DNA of 38,432 bases from Octopus bimaculoides (taxonomy: Eukaryota): positions 35,564,871 to 35,603,302 of the forward strand of contig NC_068992.1 of assembly GCF_001194135.2 (NCBI RefSeq). The letters run 5' to 3'. A model generated the notes under the pieces. It was not told where the DNA came from and searched no databases. It was given only the letters and a program-made list of their open reading frames with translations. The number at the start of each line of letters is the position of its first letter. Position 1 is the first letter of the stretch. Below are positions 10,061-21,163 of the stretch, piece after piece. A program made the translations under genes and the position numbers.

Positions 10061-10243
10061 GTTATCACGTTGGGAAAAATACTCAGCGCATTTTGTCCGT
10101 CTTTCTTAATTCAAATTCCGCCGGGTTATACTTTGCCTTACATACTTTCGATAAAATAAGTACTAGTTGAGCACTGGGGTCGAGGCAATCGGCTTAACCA
10201 TACCCCAGAATTGCAGACGTTGTGGCAAAATTTGAAACCAATA
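10061..10243 (+). mobile_element. tRNA-derived SINE, family B (degenerate)
   Basis: TTCAAATTCCGCCG...AATAAGTACTAGTTGAGCACTGGGGTCGA...AAAATTTGAAACC, homologous to 36354-36790. Confidence 0.8.
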
Positions 10244-10466
10244 TTAACCCTTTACTTGACAATGGCAAATGTATCATTTACTCCTCCTACATTATTGTGT
10301 ATCACTCTATAGGTATTCTTCGTTTTCCTAGGGTTAAATTTCCTTCTTGGAAAACACACCCAGGCAAAAGCTGAGTGCCTTACACACCTCGTGTGCGAAA
10401 ATTTAAAACTAGCTTATTCAATAAACTGTAGAAAAAGGCGATTACCTTAAGAGCCGATGCAAAACC

Positions 10467-10468
<2 letters not shown>

Positions 10469-10530
<62 letters not shown>

Positions 10531-10577
10531 CATATATATACATATATAAACACACATATGGAGACAGATAGAGATAC

Positions 10578-10617
<40 letters not shown>

Positions 10618-10665
10618 ATTGATCGATTGATTGATTGATAGGTAGAAAGAAAGATAGATTGATAG
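10469..10665. repeat. (GATA)n and (GATT)n tetranucleotide microsatellites
   Basis: Direct reading. Confidence 0.95.
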
Positions 10666-11939
10666 ATAGACCTACATACGCACACTTGAACACACACGCA
10701 TATATATTATGTATATCATATGTCTTTGTGTGTGTATAATGAAATTTTATGGCACAAGTAATAATATTGAGTCTCTGATAGTGCGCAAATGACGAAGATT
10801 CAATAAACTTTTGTCCATCTTACGTATTATTATTCTCAGTTTTTAGAATAACATGTAACATTTAATCTGATGAAAAGTGGTTCGATTGCATCAGCATTAG
10901 GAATGTAGCTATAGTTGATTTCTATGGAATGGAAATTGGCTACATTGAGGAGAAATGGGAGTTTAGGATGCTGCCATTAGTGAAAAATATAAATAAATTA
11001 GCTTTCACCAGAAATTGAAACTTACTCATGTGTTTGCTTATCAGGAGATGGTTTTTGGTTAACGTCGCAATACAGATTTTTCATAATGAACATAAATTTA
11101 TATAATTTAAAATTTCACTTACGAATGTGTTTGATTTGTTTATTTTTGCTACAAAATTTATGGAATTAAGGACACTTAAACATAGAAACTCACATAGGCA
11201 AATATACACGCGATATATATTAATGAAAATTGATGAAAATATAATATTATGATAGGATATAAACATTAATTCCCATCATTATGAAAACGAAAAAAATGCG
11301 TTCAAAAAGTAGATGAAACAAAGAAACGGAAAGTCATAATAAATTCAAATATATTTTCATATTCTTCAATTTAGATTACACTCTCTTGACAAACTTTAAA
11401 TCACTGATAATTTCACTTCGAAATACGATTTACAAAATAAACAAACAATTATGGATGTTAATAATATTATTAGCTTTTGTGTTATTTATGTTCTTTGTTT
11501 TCTTTTTATGAGAGAAGCTATTTAATTATTATTATATTTATTTTCATTATCATTAATTTCAATTTATGAAAGGAAAGGAAATTTTTTCTGAAAAAGCTTT
11601 TTATTCAAACTGGTGAAAATGTAATCATTTACATGTGTATTTGAGAAGGGAATTATTTCATCTGGCAATTTATCATGATCGTGATGACCATCGTCTTCAT
11701 CGTCATTGTAATAATCATCATCGTCAATTATTCGGTAATCTTTTTGATATTTTCATCGTCATATATTTTGCATTGAATATTACTAGTAACTCCTTAATGT
11801 TCTGAGATTAGGAATAGTGTTCAATTGCTGCATAAATGTTACTTTCCTTAAAATCACGCAACAGCACTTTGTAAATTTCATTGACGTGGCACATAGAAAT
11901 TTAGTCCTACTTTATGTAAACCCTCTAGGATTATATCTT

Positions 11940-12285
11940 TTATCTTTTACTTGTATCAGTTATCAGACTTTGGCCATGCAGAATTTTGATCGAACGAATC
12001 GACTCCAGTACTTATATTTTTAAAGCCAGGTATTTGTCCTATTGGTCTCTTTGCAAACCACTATGTCACAGGGACGTAAACATACCAACGCCAGTGTTCA
12101 AACTGTGGTAGCGAAAAACAGGCACAAAGATACGCATAGATACACACACACAAATCTACTCTCAAATCTTTGGTAGGTCCAAGGCTGCAGTAGAAAGCAC
12201 TTGCTCAATGTGCTACGCAGAGGGGCTGAACACAGAACCTTGTGGTTAGGAAGCAAGCTTCTAACCACACAGCCATCCCTACGCC
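11940..12285 (-). mobile_element. SINE family A, near full length, followed by (CT)n(CA)n at 12295-12377
   Basis: The tail TCTTTTACTTG at 11942 and the head ...CTAACCACACAGCCA at about 12260-12285 match 3820-4453. Confidence 0.82.
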
Positions 12286-12294
12286 TAACGCATA

Positions 12295-12378
<84 letters not shown>

Positions 12379-13212
12379 AATACTCGAACATATACGAAAT
12401 TACAGCACATACAAAAATATATGCATGTATATATGAAACCTATTTCGTATAAAATGAAGACACCATCAACAGTAATTAATTTTCTCCACACGACATACGT
12501 ATATCTTAATCCCAATTTTATAAGGAAAATAGAATTGTCTTTTATCTCTGAATTAAATGCATTGCATTTCTAATATATTATATATCAAGAAGAATCCTCG
12601 CTATGTTTTTTCAAAAATGTAATTTAACATCATAATTGCTCTTCGTGTATTTGTGTGTGTGTACGCGTGTGATAAAAATTGTACTTGAATGTAAATGGAT
12701 AAATCGACTTACCGAAATATATAATCTTAAAATTAATTTATATGAATTAATCTAAAAACTGAGATTGGTTATTCACAAATATGAAAATTTGAAGAACTGC
12801 TACGCAAAATATATTACATACAGATGCATGTCAAGTGTAACTAATTTGTAACAAGATTTCAATGTATATCTGATATGTTTGATAATGAAAACTACAACCT
12901 GTACTCATCGATAGATTGCCCTATTTATAAATTATGATGAAGCACTTAATAATACCTGATGCTGCAACAATGAATGCAGTGGGATTCTTAAACATTGATA
13001 ATGAGCACATAATTGTGCCATTCATTAAAATCAAAGTGATCAACTTGCGTTGTTTTAACGTATGAACGAAGAGATATTATATTATATAATTAATGACAGT
13101 AATGTTTAGAAAATCATGATTATATGCTTTCATCAAGTTTATCTATGCTTTGTCCAAATTATGATTGCTCCTTAATGGGTATTCATACACGAGCGCGGGT
13201 GCGTGGGCGCGT

Positions 13213-13213
13213 T

Positions 13214-13283
<70 letters not shown>

Positions 13284-13285
13284 TG
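13213..13285. repeat. (GT)n microsatellite
   Basis: Direct reading. Confidence 0.95.
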
Positions 13286-13397
13286 TGAGTTCATGTATTT
13301 GCGTTCTTAAAAAGAGCATGATGGTGATATGATGTATAAAGCTGTCTGTTACTATGGCAGTATGGTTGTATGAGGTTATTTCTCTTTTCTTTCAAAT

Positions 13398-13595
13398 AAT
13401 TCTTTCTACAATAGGCACAAGGCATGAAATTCTGAGGAAGGAGCTAGTCGATTTTACCAACCTCAGTGCTCAACTGGTACTTATTTTATGGACTCGGAAA
13501 TGGTTAAAAGGCAAAATCAGAGCGTAAAGCCGGAACAAATGTCGCTAGGTATATTGTCTGGCATGTTTGTGATTCAATTCTGCTAACTCGCTGCC
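13398..13595 (-). mobile_element. SINE family B (degenerate)
   Basis: CAGTGCTCAACTGGTACTTATTTT...AAAGGCAAA...TTCTGCTAACTCGC is the reverse complement of the family B copies at 36354 and 36589. Confidence 0.75.
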
Positions 13596-14412
13596 TTACT
13601 TCTCTTTCTCTCTTCCCCTCTCTCCCTCTCACTTTTTCTCTTTTCCACCCTAAACCCGTAGATTCATACTGTAAAGCTTATGCCGTCATGTAACAGCCAA
13701 GTCAGTTACAAGAAGCCTTTATCTCTAAATGTGTACTGTCCTTAAGAGTTAAAGTCAACACTGCAGACTAATGAAATCTTTATTTTATAGATTTTCCGCT
13801 GTCAGGTTTGTCAATACTTGAATTTCATGGATATGGCAAATTTCGGCGCCAATATAGTAATAAATAAAAAATTTCCTATGTAGAACACGCCATCATTTCT
13901 ATCTACAGGAGGAAACATAAATAAAAACAAAACATATAATTATGTATCTAAAGTGATATATGATATCTATATATAGTATACATTTATTTAGTGATTGAGT
14001 GACTATTCAAAATTAATGACTACTTACTTAAAGTTAAGAATATCCGTATTTAGAAAAAAAAAAAAAAAGGAAACGTAAAGTGTAACGTCTGAAGAAGTAT
14101 AAGTGATCGAGTAGCAACAACAGAGAACTAAATCTGAACCAGCGTAAGTAAATTATATTCTTAATCCATGATATCAAACAGATGCAGAATTTAGTATAAG
14201 ATTATTATCAGTAGACATAATGGTCTTTAATTTAAGGTAGAGAAAACTAAAAACGTGACATACTGCAGTTCTGAAGAGAATTCAAGCTGTAAATAATTTC
14301 TATATATAATTGAAATCGGATGTGCCTAATTCAGCTCACCAAAATCTTACCTCTAAACTTTAAAACACACTGTAAAATACATCTCTCAATCGATCTTCGG
14401 CCTAAATATACA

Positions 14413-14415
<3 letters not shown>

Positions 14416-14510
<95 letters not shown>

Positions 14511-14932
14511 TCTCTCTATCTATCTATCTATCTCTCCATATTTATATACTTATATATATGCATACATATATATGTATATATACACATATATATATTTGTA
14601 GGTATGTATGTATATATATATCTAAATATATATACACACACACACACACATTACTGATATTGCATTCTCACAAGAGAATTAATTCATATATCTCTACTTT
14701 GTAGTCATTCAACCGGTTTTATTCTCTTTCCATACAGATATTGAGCACAAGCAGACATTGACTTATGTAGGGGAGGAAAACAGCGGGAAGTCAAGAAAAA
14801 TAAGAGAGAAAATGAGAGATAAAATTAAAGAGAAATATTGACACACACAGACATACATAGTGCATATCGACATATACATAGATAGATGTATTTATACATA
14901 TACCTACATATACCATACATATATATACATAC

Positions 14933-15006
<74 letters not shown>

Positions 15007-15192
15007 GCATACATACATACATGCATATACATATACATATATATAAATGCATATACAAATATATATATATATATATATACACACATACATATAGATATAG
15101 ATATATATATGTATGTGTATGTGTTTATGTGTGCGTTTGTGTATATGTATTTGTGTGTGTTTGTTTACACACACACACACACACACACACAC
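14416..15192. repeat. Compound (CT)n, (TA)n, (TACA)n and (CA)n microsatellite fields
   Basis: Direct reading; short unique DNA lies between about 14650 and 14850. Confidence 0.9.
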
Positions 15193-15300
15193 AATCTTTG
15201 AATATATTTCTCCGAAGTGTACAGGTTGAAAAGACCAAAAGAATACAATTTGTAACCAGGCAAACAAATATACTTCTTACTTTTATTGCATTTCTTTCAG

Positions 15301-15390
15301 AAGACATCCATTATAGCAAAAACAGAACCCCTCGTTATTATTCTTTGTATTCTTCAGAAAGTTGTTTCCATCACAATGAAATTATTTGAG
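15301..15390 (+). CDS. Candidate 90-nt symmetric exon of an unidentified gene
   Basis: Strong acceptor (CTTCTTACTTTTATTGCATTTCTTTCAG) and donor GAG|GTAATA. Only frame 0 is open (KTSIIAKTEPLVIILCILQKVVSITMKLFE). I recognise no homology. Confidence 0.22.
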
Positions 15391-15960
15391 GTAATAAGTG
15401 ATATTGAGCCAAGAATACTGCAGCATTTGCTCATACGTAGTAATATAAATGACTGCTTTGATGCATGCATTCCTTACCGCAGAAAATGATTCTGTCCAGA
15501 CACCAGAGTGGATTGGATGGAAATAAGTACTGACAGTGACTACTATTAAACAGAATTTGTTGGAAAATATTAATGGGAATATCTCTGCAAGAGCTAAAGG
15601 TCATTGCTAGTTGTAAACAACCAAACAACTCTAATGTGAATAACTAGGAAACTGATGTCCACTGATGATGTGATTTCGAGGATGGTTTAAATCTGAAATT
15701 GCTTTGAAAGCAGAATCGTTATATCAAATACTTCTGAGATATAAGTCGATAGCAATTCTTGATGATATTTAGCACATAGAATATGTTTTTAAAGAAAAAT
15801 GTCTCCTCATTTCATATAAGCAGTTAGATCAATGTTTGTTACAATTCATCTTCATACATACAACACTATATTGAGCTCAAAGACTCGAAGCTGGAAGAAA
15901 GAAAATATGTCAATATTCCATGTTATTTATAATTGATCGGTTTACAATGATGTTTTTCTT

Positions 15961-16553
15961 AAATTACCCCTTTTGTATTGAAATTATATGAAAAAATACT
16001 CATCATTGTACTTCTCCAACACTTGTCTTAGTACGTATATGTATGTCTGAGAGTATATGTTGTGTCTATGTATGCATGTATGTATACATATGTACGTGCA
16101 TGTATATATGTATGCATGCATGCATGTATGTATGTATGTATCTATATATGTATGAGCGAATATATGTACGCATGTATGTATGTGCGTATCTATTTATGTC
16201 TGTGCTTATATATATATATATATATNNNNNNNNNNNNNNNNNNNNNNNNNNNNNNNNNNNNNNNNNNNNNNNNNNNNNNNNNNNNNNNNNNNNNNNNNNN
16301 NNNNNNNNNNNNNNNNNNNNNNNNNNNNNNNNNNNNNNNNNNNNNNNNNNNNNNNNNNNNNNNNNNNNNNNNAAATTACCCCTTTTGTATTGAAATTATA
16401 TGAAAAAATACTCATCATTGTACTTCTCCAACACTTGTCTTAGTACGTATATGTATGTCTGAGAGTATATGTTGTGTCTATGTATGCATGTATGTATACA
16501 TATGTACGTGCATGTATATATGTATGCATGCATGCATGTATGTATGTATGTAT
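15961..16553. other. Exact 181-bp duplication across gap 16226-16372 (probable assembly artefact)
   Basis: 15961-16141 is identical to 16373-16553, and the second copy starts at the first base after the Ns. Confidence 0.85.
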
Positions 16554-16640
16554 ATGTATAATTTTTTTTTTAATCTTACTAGCAAGAAGTGTATGAGAAT
16601 TGTATGTTGCTGATGACATAAGCATTTGGAGAGAACGTGA

Positions 16641-16990
16641 AATAGCTTGTTAGGAAAATAATGGCCGATTTTAAAAATCATCCTATATCCTTTAAAAAAC
16701 TGAACTGGTGCAAAGGTTTGATTATTTAAAATATGATCCCTGAACAGCTATACATTTCTCACATCGATTAACAAAGTTCTTTATGCCGATTCGATAAAAG
16801 TATAAAGGTTTTGATGCCAACAAATTCTTGAATTCAATTTCGACCTTGGTTTTAGAACAGGTGTTTTGCCTTAAAAATGCATCTAGATGCTTGAAAAAGT
16901 GGTAGTCGGTGGGTGAGCGATCAGGAAAATTTGGTGGATATGGTAAAGTCTTGTATCCCAAGTCTGTGAGCTTCTGCAGTGTCATTCTGG
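16641..16990 (-). mobile_element. Mariner (DD34D) transposase C-terminus with degenerate 3' TIR
   Basis: TLQKLTDLGYKTLPYPPNFPDRSPTDYHFFKHLDAFL...FYRIGIKNFVNRCEKCIAVQGSYFK* matches the HPPYSPDL(A/S)PxDY motif and the C-terminal W.KC...G.YF motif. TIR-like TAGCTTGTTAGGAAAATAATGGCCGATTTT lies at about 16643-16672. Confidence 0.88.
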
Positions 16991-17754
16991 AACAATGAAA
17001 CTCGAAGCCTGTAATGCTATAAATATTTGCCCAATACTTACACGCAATTGCTTATTACTAGCAACTAAATATAAAGTTGGTAAAATGAAGTTCCTGAAAG
17101 AGACAGGGGAATTCAAAAGATGTTTTTGTCTAATAGTAGAACATCTGATGTTGATTCGAGTCTTAATGGACAATTCGTCCTTTTCTCTCTAAAAGTTTTT
17201 TTTTTTTTTTTTACCAAAAATCGCTTATTAGAAAAAAGAATTCACGTGGTCTCAAACTTTATAAATGCTTATTATGTCAAATATAGAAATGTACTAGACT
17301 ACCCGTGACCTGTTGAATCACCTGGGAAGTCTGAGTTTTCTAGCAACGAAATTTTGTTTCGTGGATAATTTTTTTCTTTACCCGGTTATTTCGCATGCTT
17401 TCAACGAATGTGACATCGAAATCAGAAAAGGAAAGATTTGGCTGCTATTTCTTGCACGCCTTGCTACCATATAACAGGTATTTCGGGTCCTTTATCACTT
17501 ACGACATTTCCAAAGTGAATTAATTCAAATAAGCGTCCAGTGTTGATATACAGTTGAGGGTTATAGCGTTGCTTTTTAAATCAAATTTAATTCTGGTTTT
17601 ATAATCGGCTCTACTGGTATTACAGTTGAATCGTGGTTTATAAAATGTTCATTCATATTGCAGCAATTGTAGCAATTTTGTTTACATTTTACTGTATGGA
17701 GTACATTATTTATTCAGCGCTAATTCACTGTTTCTTTAATTCGTTCATTATACA

Positions 17755-17861
17755 TATAATATACATGCATACATGCATACATACATACATACATACATAC
17801 ATACGTACATACATACATACATACATACATACCTATATACATATATATATATACATATATG

Positions 17862-17922
<61 letters not shown>

Positions 17923-17960
17923 ATAAACTCGCACGCGAAAAGTACATTCACACACGCACG
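17755..17960. repeat. (TACA)n/(TA)n microsatellite
   Basis: Direct reading. Confidence 0.95.
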
Positions 17961-18379
17961 CACACACTGTCCCACCATGGCGTCTGCCTGTGGATGGAAC
18001 CAGTAGAGATAAAAGACATACATATTAATAAAGGAAGACAGTAGTCGAACGAAGTAAACAAATAAATGATAGGAAACAAATAGACGACATGGAAAATTTA
18101 GAAACCCACCGTTCAAGACCAACAATACTGCATGAAAGAGGCAAACTCACCACAAAACATGATCCGAACAGAGGATGTGGAACATAAACTTATTAACATA
18201 GAGACAGCATGAATTTCAGATACACAGGAAGGCGTAATATTCCAAAGCCTCTTTTATAGGGAAAACATATGAAACCGAGTCTCAGACGGGACGACACAAA
18301 GAACGTAAATAAATTCATGAGAAATATGGACACTAACATCAAAATTGTGTAAAAGAGAAGCCTCTATAGTGATGAAACT

Positions 18380-18530
18380 TATTTACTATTAAAAGGTTTC
18401 AGATTTGCCCCAATAGTTTCTTCAAACTTCATCGAACTAAAGGCAGACATTGAAACTTTTAGTCGACACACATGCTTTATAGATTCTTTAGCAATAAGAA
18501 CGAAAATAATGACTTCACTCTCTATCTGAT
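18380..18530 (+). mobile_element. Penelope-like element N-terminal ORF remnant
   Basis: LLLKGFRFAPIVSSNFIELKADIETFSR resembles the PLE N-terminal motif LL.KGL.F.P.P......DI..F.R. Confidence 0.55.
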
Positions 18531-18731
18531 CTGATATAAACGAAATTGTTACAAACACACATATGGACGCACATACTTACATATAAGCACGAACACATAA
18601 GTGCGTGCACACATATGAGCATGCACACATACGAGCATGCACACACTCACATGCTCATACAGAACAGTTTCGAAACAACGCCAAAACAACGCCAGATCAT
18701 ACATTCAAAATAAATGGAAGTGGAGAGACAA

Positions 18732-18772
18732 GTTACTGAAGAGATTGCAAGAGTGCAATGAAATAATTTAAC
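18732..18772 (+). ncRNA. Type I minimal hammerhead ribozyme motif (degenerate)
   Basis: GTTA / CTGAAGA / G-ATTGCA-agag-TGCAAT / GAAA / TAATT / TAAC. Both core boxes, a 6-bp stem II and a 4-bp stem I are present in the correct order. C11.1 is missing and stem III is eroded. Confidence 0.6.
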
Positions 18773-18939
18773 AAAAAACTATATAAATTAATAAAGGACT
18801 GAACCAGTGCGTGTGTTTATTACCGGCATAATGCCTCTCCCAAGGTTTAATTGAATGACTTCACTGTCAGAAATAAACCCAATTTCATCATTTGGAGAGG
18901 GAACGATAAGCATTTAGATCCGTATATTGATGCGCTTTC

Positions 18940-19100
18940 TCAGTTTTGTTATAATTATTGCCCTACTTTTGTCAGCTGCATTTAGAATAATCAAGTTGTC
19001 ATTCTTCAGTGTTTGTAAAGTTTCTTTTTATTTATGGTGTTTTTCGGGTGCTTGAGATTTTTACAAAAGTTGAATATTAGAACAGCTAACATTTCAAAGC
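18940..19100 (-). mobile_element. PLE pre-RT segment in inverted orientation
   Basis: The minus strand reads ETLQTLKNDNLIILNAADKSRAIII, similar to L..L..D..III..ADKG.A.VI. Confidence 0.55.
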
Positions 19101-19124
19101 GACTTTAAGGGGGAAGTAAAACAA

Positions 19125-19740
19125 TTGTGAATAAAATAAAAGCATTAACCAATATTCAGCCTTATTCACTGACAAATGATTTGAAATTTACAGCGATTAA
19201 TTTCTATTGGTCGTTTAAGATTCATAAACATTCGGAAACACGGTGAGTTAGAAATGATCAAAATAATCAGTGAATTCAAATACTGGTTTCATATTTTTGC
19301 AATACCAGCATGATTGAGGGATGGGTTAAGTCGATTATGTCGAGACCAGTGTTCAACTGCCTCTTATTTTAGCGGCCTCGAAAGGATGATAGCAGTGTCG
19401 ACACCGTCGGAATTTGAACTCAGATGAAGACGGATGAAGTACCGCTAACCATTTCGCCTGACGTGATAACGATTCTGCCAGCTCGTTGTCTTTAATGTGA
19501 GTCGAAACAAGACCAACTGACCTCAAAATAAGATCAATAAAGCAGAGCCAAAATCATCAGCACAACGTCTAACTTAGACCTATTTAAGATCTATTTCTCA
19601 AAGAAAGTTTTATGCCCATTGATCTCCTGTGGCATACGAGATGACATAGACTTCTCTAATCACACCCCATCAGCTGTTCCGTGGGAACTTATCCTTGCAT
19701 GCTTCGACGTAGCTAACCTTTATAACACATTCAATATTCC
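19125..19740 (+). mobile_element. PLE reverse-transcriptase remnant, interrupted by a SINE
   Basis: KIKAL...NFYWSFKIHK (FYGLPKIHK-like), then the SINE, then PTDLKIRSI...AQRL and IRDDIDFSNHTP...LILACFDVANLYNTFNIP (FDV..LY.NIP motif). Confidence 0.68.
19281..19490 (-). mobile_element. SINE family B
   Basis: GGAATTTGAACTCAG and TAACGATTCTGCCAGCTCG are the reverse complement of the family B head. Confidence 0.85.
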
Positions 19741-19773
19741 ATGTAGCAATCGTATACTATACGTGTATATGTA

Positions 19774-19811
<38 letters not shown>

Positions 19812-19974
19812 GTATGTAATAAAGGCAGCAGTGAACGAGTGAAGGGGCAGCAGTAAGAGTTAGTATTGCCAGTATATATATATAAGACATAATTCAGATT
19901 CAGTTGAATTAGGTACTTAAGTTGAAGCACCAAGTTAGTGTGTCATTATCCGTACAACTCAAAGTAAGGTGAAT

Positions 19975-20250
19975 AAAATCAAAATAAGCAACAGGATATC
20001 AAGAAGTGATGCAGTACGACCGTTTCAAGTGGCTCCATTTAATTAAACAACGCAACCATTACATCAATTTAAATGCAGGGCTATCCTCAGCTGCATAAAT
20101 AAATAGAATTTTTTAATCAGTTTGACACAATATAATTTTACCCAAATTCTCTAATAGAGCAAGAAGAGGGAGAAGGTCCATGTTGTTACTAATTTGACTC
20201 AGAATATACTACACTTCTAAGAACTATATGAAGCTTGTTAGGGTCACAGC
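19975..20250 (-). repeat. PLE terminal-repeat-like segment; inverted copy at 22120-22316
   Basis: The reverse complement of about 20130-20250 matches 22121-22240 (TTCTTAGAAGTGTAGTATATTCTGAGTCA...CTATTAGAGAATTT). The reverse complement of about 19980-20045 matches 22250-22315 (AATTAAATGGAGCC...CCTGTTG.TTATTTT). Confidence 0.8.
20009..20096 (-). ncRNA. Type I hammerhead ribozyme motif (PLE-type minimal HHR)
   Basis: Minus strand: ATGCAG / CTGAGGA / long imperfect stem II / GAAA / C-GGTC-G / TA^ / CTGCAT. It has a 6-bp stem I, intact core boxes and a GUA cleavage triplet. Confidence 0.78.
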
Positions 20251-20495
20251 TTGTAAATGATTGTGGATCACTTTTAATTTATTAGTCATTTTTATCAACT
20301 ACAAAATCTAAGGCTAGAAGACAGTGTCTATTTAGAATGGATAGACAGAGTGAGTTGACAGTTTATAGTTGGGGACGGTCATAAATATTTTCAAGATTTA
20401 GAAGATGTATGAGTAATTTTCTATAAAGGAGGCTGGGTAGAAGACCCTAAATCAAGATGTTAATTACCAGTTAAAGGGGCAAGACGCTAATAAAA

Positions 20496-20577
20496 AAGTT
20501 ACCAGCTACAGTTGTGATAGTACACTTATAGATGGCGTAATCTATAAGTGTACAATCACAACTGCAGCTGGTAACTT
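20496..20577. repeat. Fold-back hairpin: 38-bp stem, 2 mismatches, 6-nt loop
   Basis: AAGTTACCAGCTACAGTTGTGATAGTACACTTATAGAT-ggcgta-ATCTATAAGTGTACAATCACAACTGCAGCTGGTAACTT. Confidence 0.95.
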
Positions 20578-20905
20578 CGTATATATAGGATGTTCAATAA
20601 ACATTAATAAACGCATTAATAGCCATTTTTCATCTTTTAGGCTCAAACATAAGGCCAATTGTACGTCCTTATGTAGGAAGATTTGGGAACTGAAAGAAAG
20701 CGGAACCGAATTTAGCCTTAAATTGGATATATTAAGGAAAACACACCCTTATAAAGATAATCGGTGCGGTTGCAAGCTGTACTCTATGGAAACTTATGAA
20801 ATTTTTATGTATAGTGACAAGATCAACCTGGTGAATAATAGATTAGATCTAAGGGCATCATGCGTGCATAGGGTCACCCGTACATTTAAACATTTTCGAA
20901 ATTAG
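20531..20905 (+). mobile_element. Penelope-like element C: GIY-YIG endonuclease domain, uninterrupted frame
   Basis: DGVIYKCTITTAAGNFVYIGCSININKRINSHFSSFRLKHKANCTSLCRKIWELKESGTEFSLKLDILRKTHPYKDNRCGCKLYSMETYEIFMYSDKINLVNNRLDLRASCVHRVTRTFKHFRN*. It shows the GIY/YIG, catalytic R, E and N positions and the terminal C-x-H typical of Penelope/Poseidon-type EN. Confidence 0.85.
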
Positions 20906-21163
20906 TGTTTACAGGTGCTGCACTTGAACCTAGACAGGAGAAATTAATTTTAGTGTCGCACATGATGTGAACCTACCCGCTAGTATTATATATAAGTTAT
21001 ATATATTTTCTTATTATTCTCTAGAATTTCTTATTATTGTGTTTTCTTATTTTGATATGTTTACCTATTAATTTCTACCTCTTTATAAGTTATTAATGTT
21101 CTTAAAAAGAAAGATAAACTTTCTAATTACTTAAGTCTAGAAGAGTTGATATATATATATATA

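Noticed and set aside
10866-11020. Short open frame DEKWFDCISIRNVAIVDFYGMEIGYIEEKWEFRMLPL...
   Set aside because: It is about 50 codons, bounded by stops, with no usable splice sites and no recognisable motif.
13791-13805. 15-nt microexon (TTTTATAG|ATTTTCCGCTGTCAG|GTTTGT)
   Set aside because: The donor is weak and such patterns are frequent by chance in T-rich DNA.
17294-17335. Possible second Helitron 3' end (minus strand hairpin plus CTAG|T)
   Set aside because: The hairpin is imperfect and I could not locate a matching 5' TC end. It remains possible but unsupported.
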